A stretch of 62,566 nucleotides of DNA, counting the filler, from Gonapodya sp. JEL0774 (Eukaryota), in NCBI GenBank assembly GCA_027604505.1. It is 22 parts of 22 records of this genome, joined end to end, with 100 filler letters (N's around TTAATTAATTAA, not from the genome) between each part and the next. Parts side by side here need not be neighbours in the genome. Positions count along the whole stretch, not along the records: positions 59,833 to 62,566 come from JADIIX010001719.1; 21 more parts are not named here. One strand, 5' to 3'. The translations under genes and the position numbers were made by a program. The stretch's first letter is position 1, and every line of letters starts with the position of its first letter. The notes under the pieces were generated by a model, which worked only from the letters and a program-made list of their open reading frames with translations, did not search any database and was not told where the DNA came from. This document shows, in pieces, positions 62,255 to 62,566 of the stretch.

Positions 62255-62566
62255 ACTGCTCAAATGAATTCTTCTGAGGGGTTGAGAGATCCGGGTAACC
62301 AAGCAAAAGTTACACCATACATATTCGATTGCGAAGAGCGAGCCCTGATCTGTTCGAATAAGTGGCGAGTACGAATAAAGAATACATCCTATATCTCTAT
62401 TCTGCTTCCGGATATCTCTCCATACGCTCATTCAGATATGTAGAACTTTGTTTGAGCAAAGAAGTACAGAGGGTTGTTGTTGCGTGGTTGTGCAGGCGGA
62501 TGAATCAATTTTCGCTTGAGGGCGATTCCCTGCTCACTCTCCTTCGTTCCGCAAAAGGAAACCAAC

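Overview
This is not one continuous locus. It is 22 unrelated ~2.73-2.76 kb contigs, sorted by decreasing length and joined by 100-bp artificial linkers (N44-TTAATTAATTAA-N44). The DNA is eukaryotic, with many short GT-AG introns. The genes look fungal, and CHP1-like and possibly MDM1-like genes suggest an early-diverging zoosporic lineage (inference). Recognisable genes, mostly partial: a CBM21 PP1-targeting subunit, RAD51, RPF1, POL2, ECM29, an Rco1-like PHD protein, DIM1, a MYND-finger protein, RPS0, a V-ATPase subunit f/RNASEK homologue, a LUD-domain protein, an HSL-family esterase, F-box-like proteins, an acyl-CoA synthetase, two tandem TM-RING-H2 paralogues, an SDR, a degenerate Hsp70, RPT1, a TPR protein, an FLVCR-like MFS transporter, a GH5 and a CHP1-like EF-hand protein. 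The most unusual contig is 51320-54057. It holds an intronless, frameshifted fragment of a giant-virus-type D5 primase-helicase, with phased direct and inverted repeats upstream and a G-rich ~55-bp repeat array downstream. Other points of note: CpG depletion confined to decayed repeats and the ECM29 gene body, a hAT transposon end abutting a decayed gag-like ORF, an Hsp70 with substituted catalytic residues, microexons, and two bacterial-type genes that are candidates for horizontal transfer. All calls come from motif recognition and manual splicing; no searches were run.
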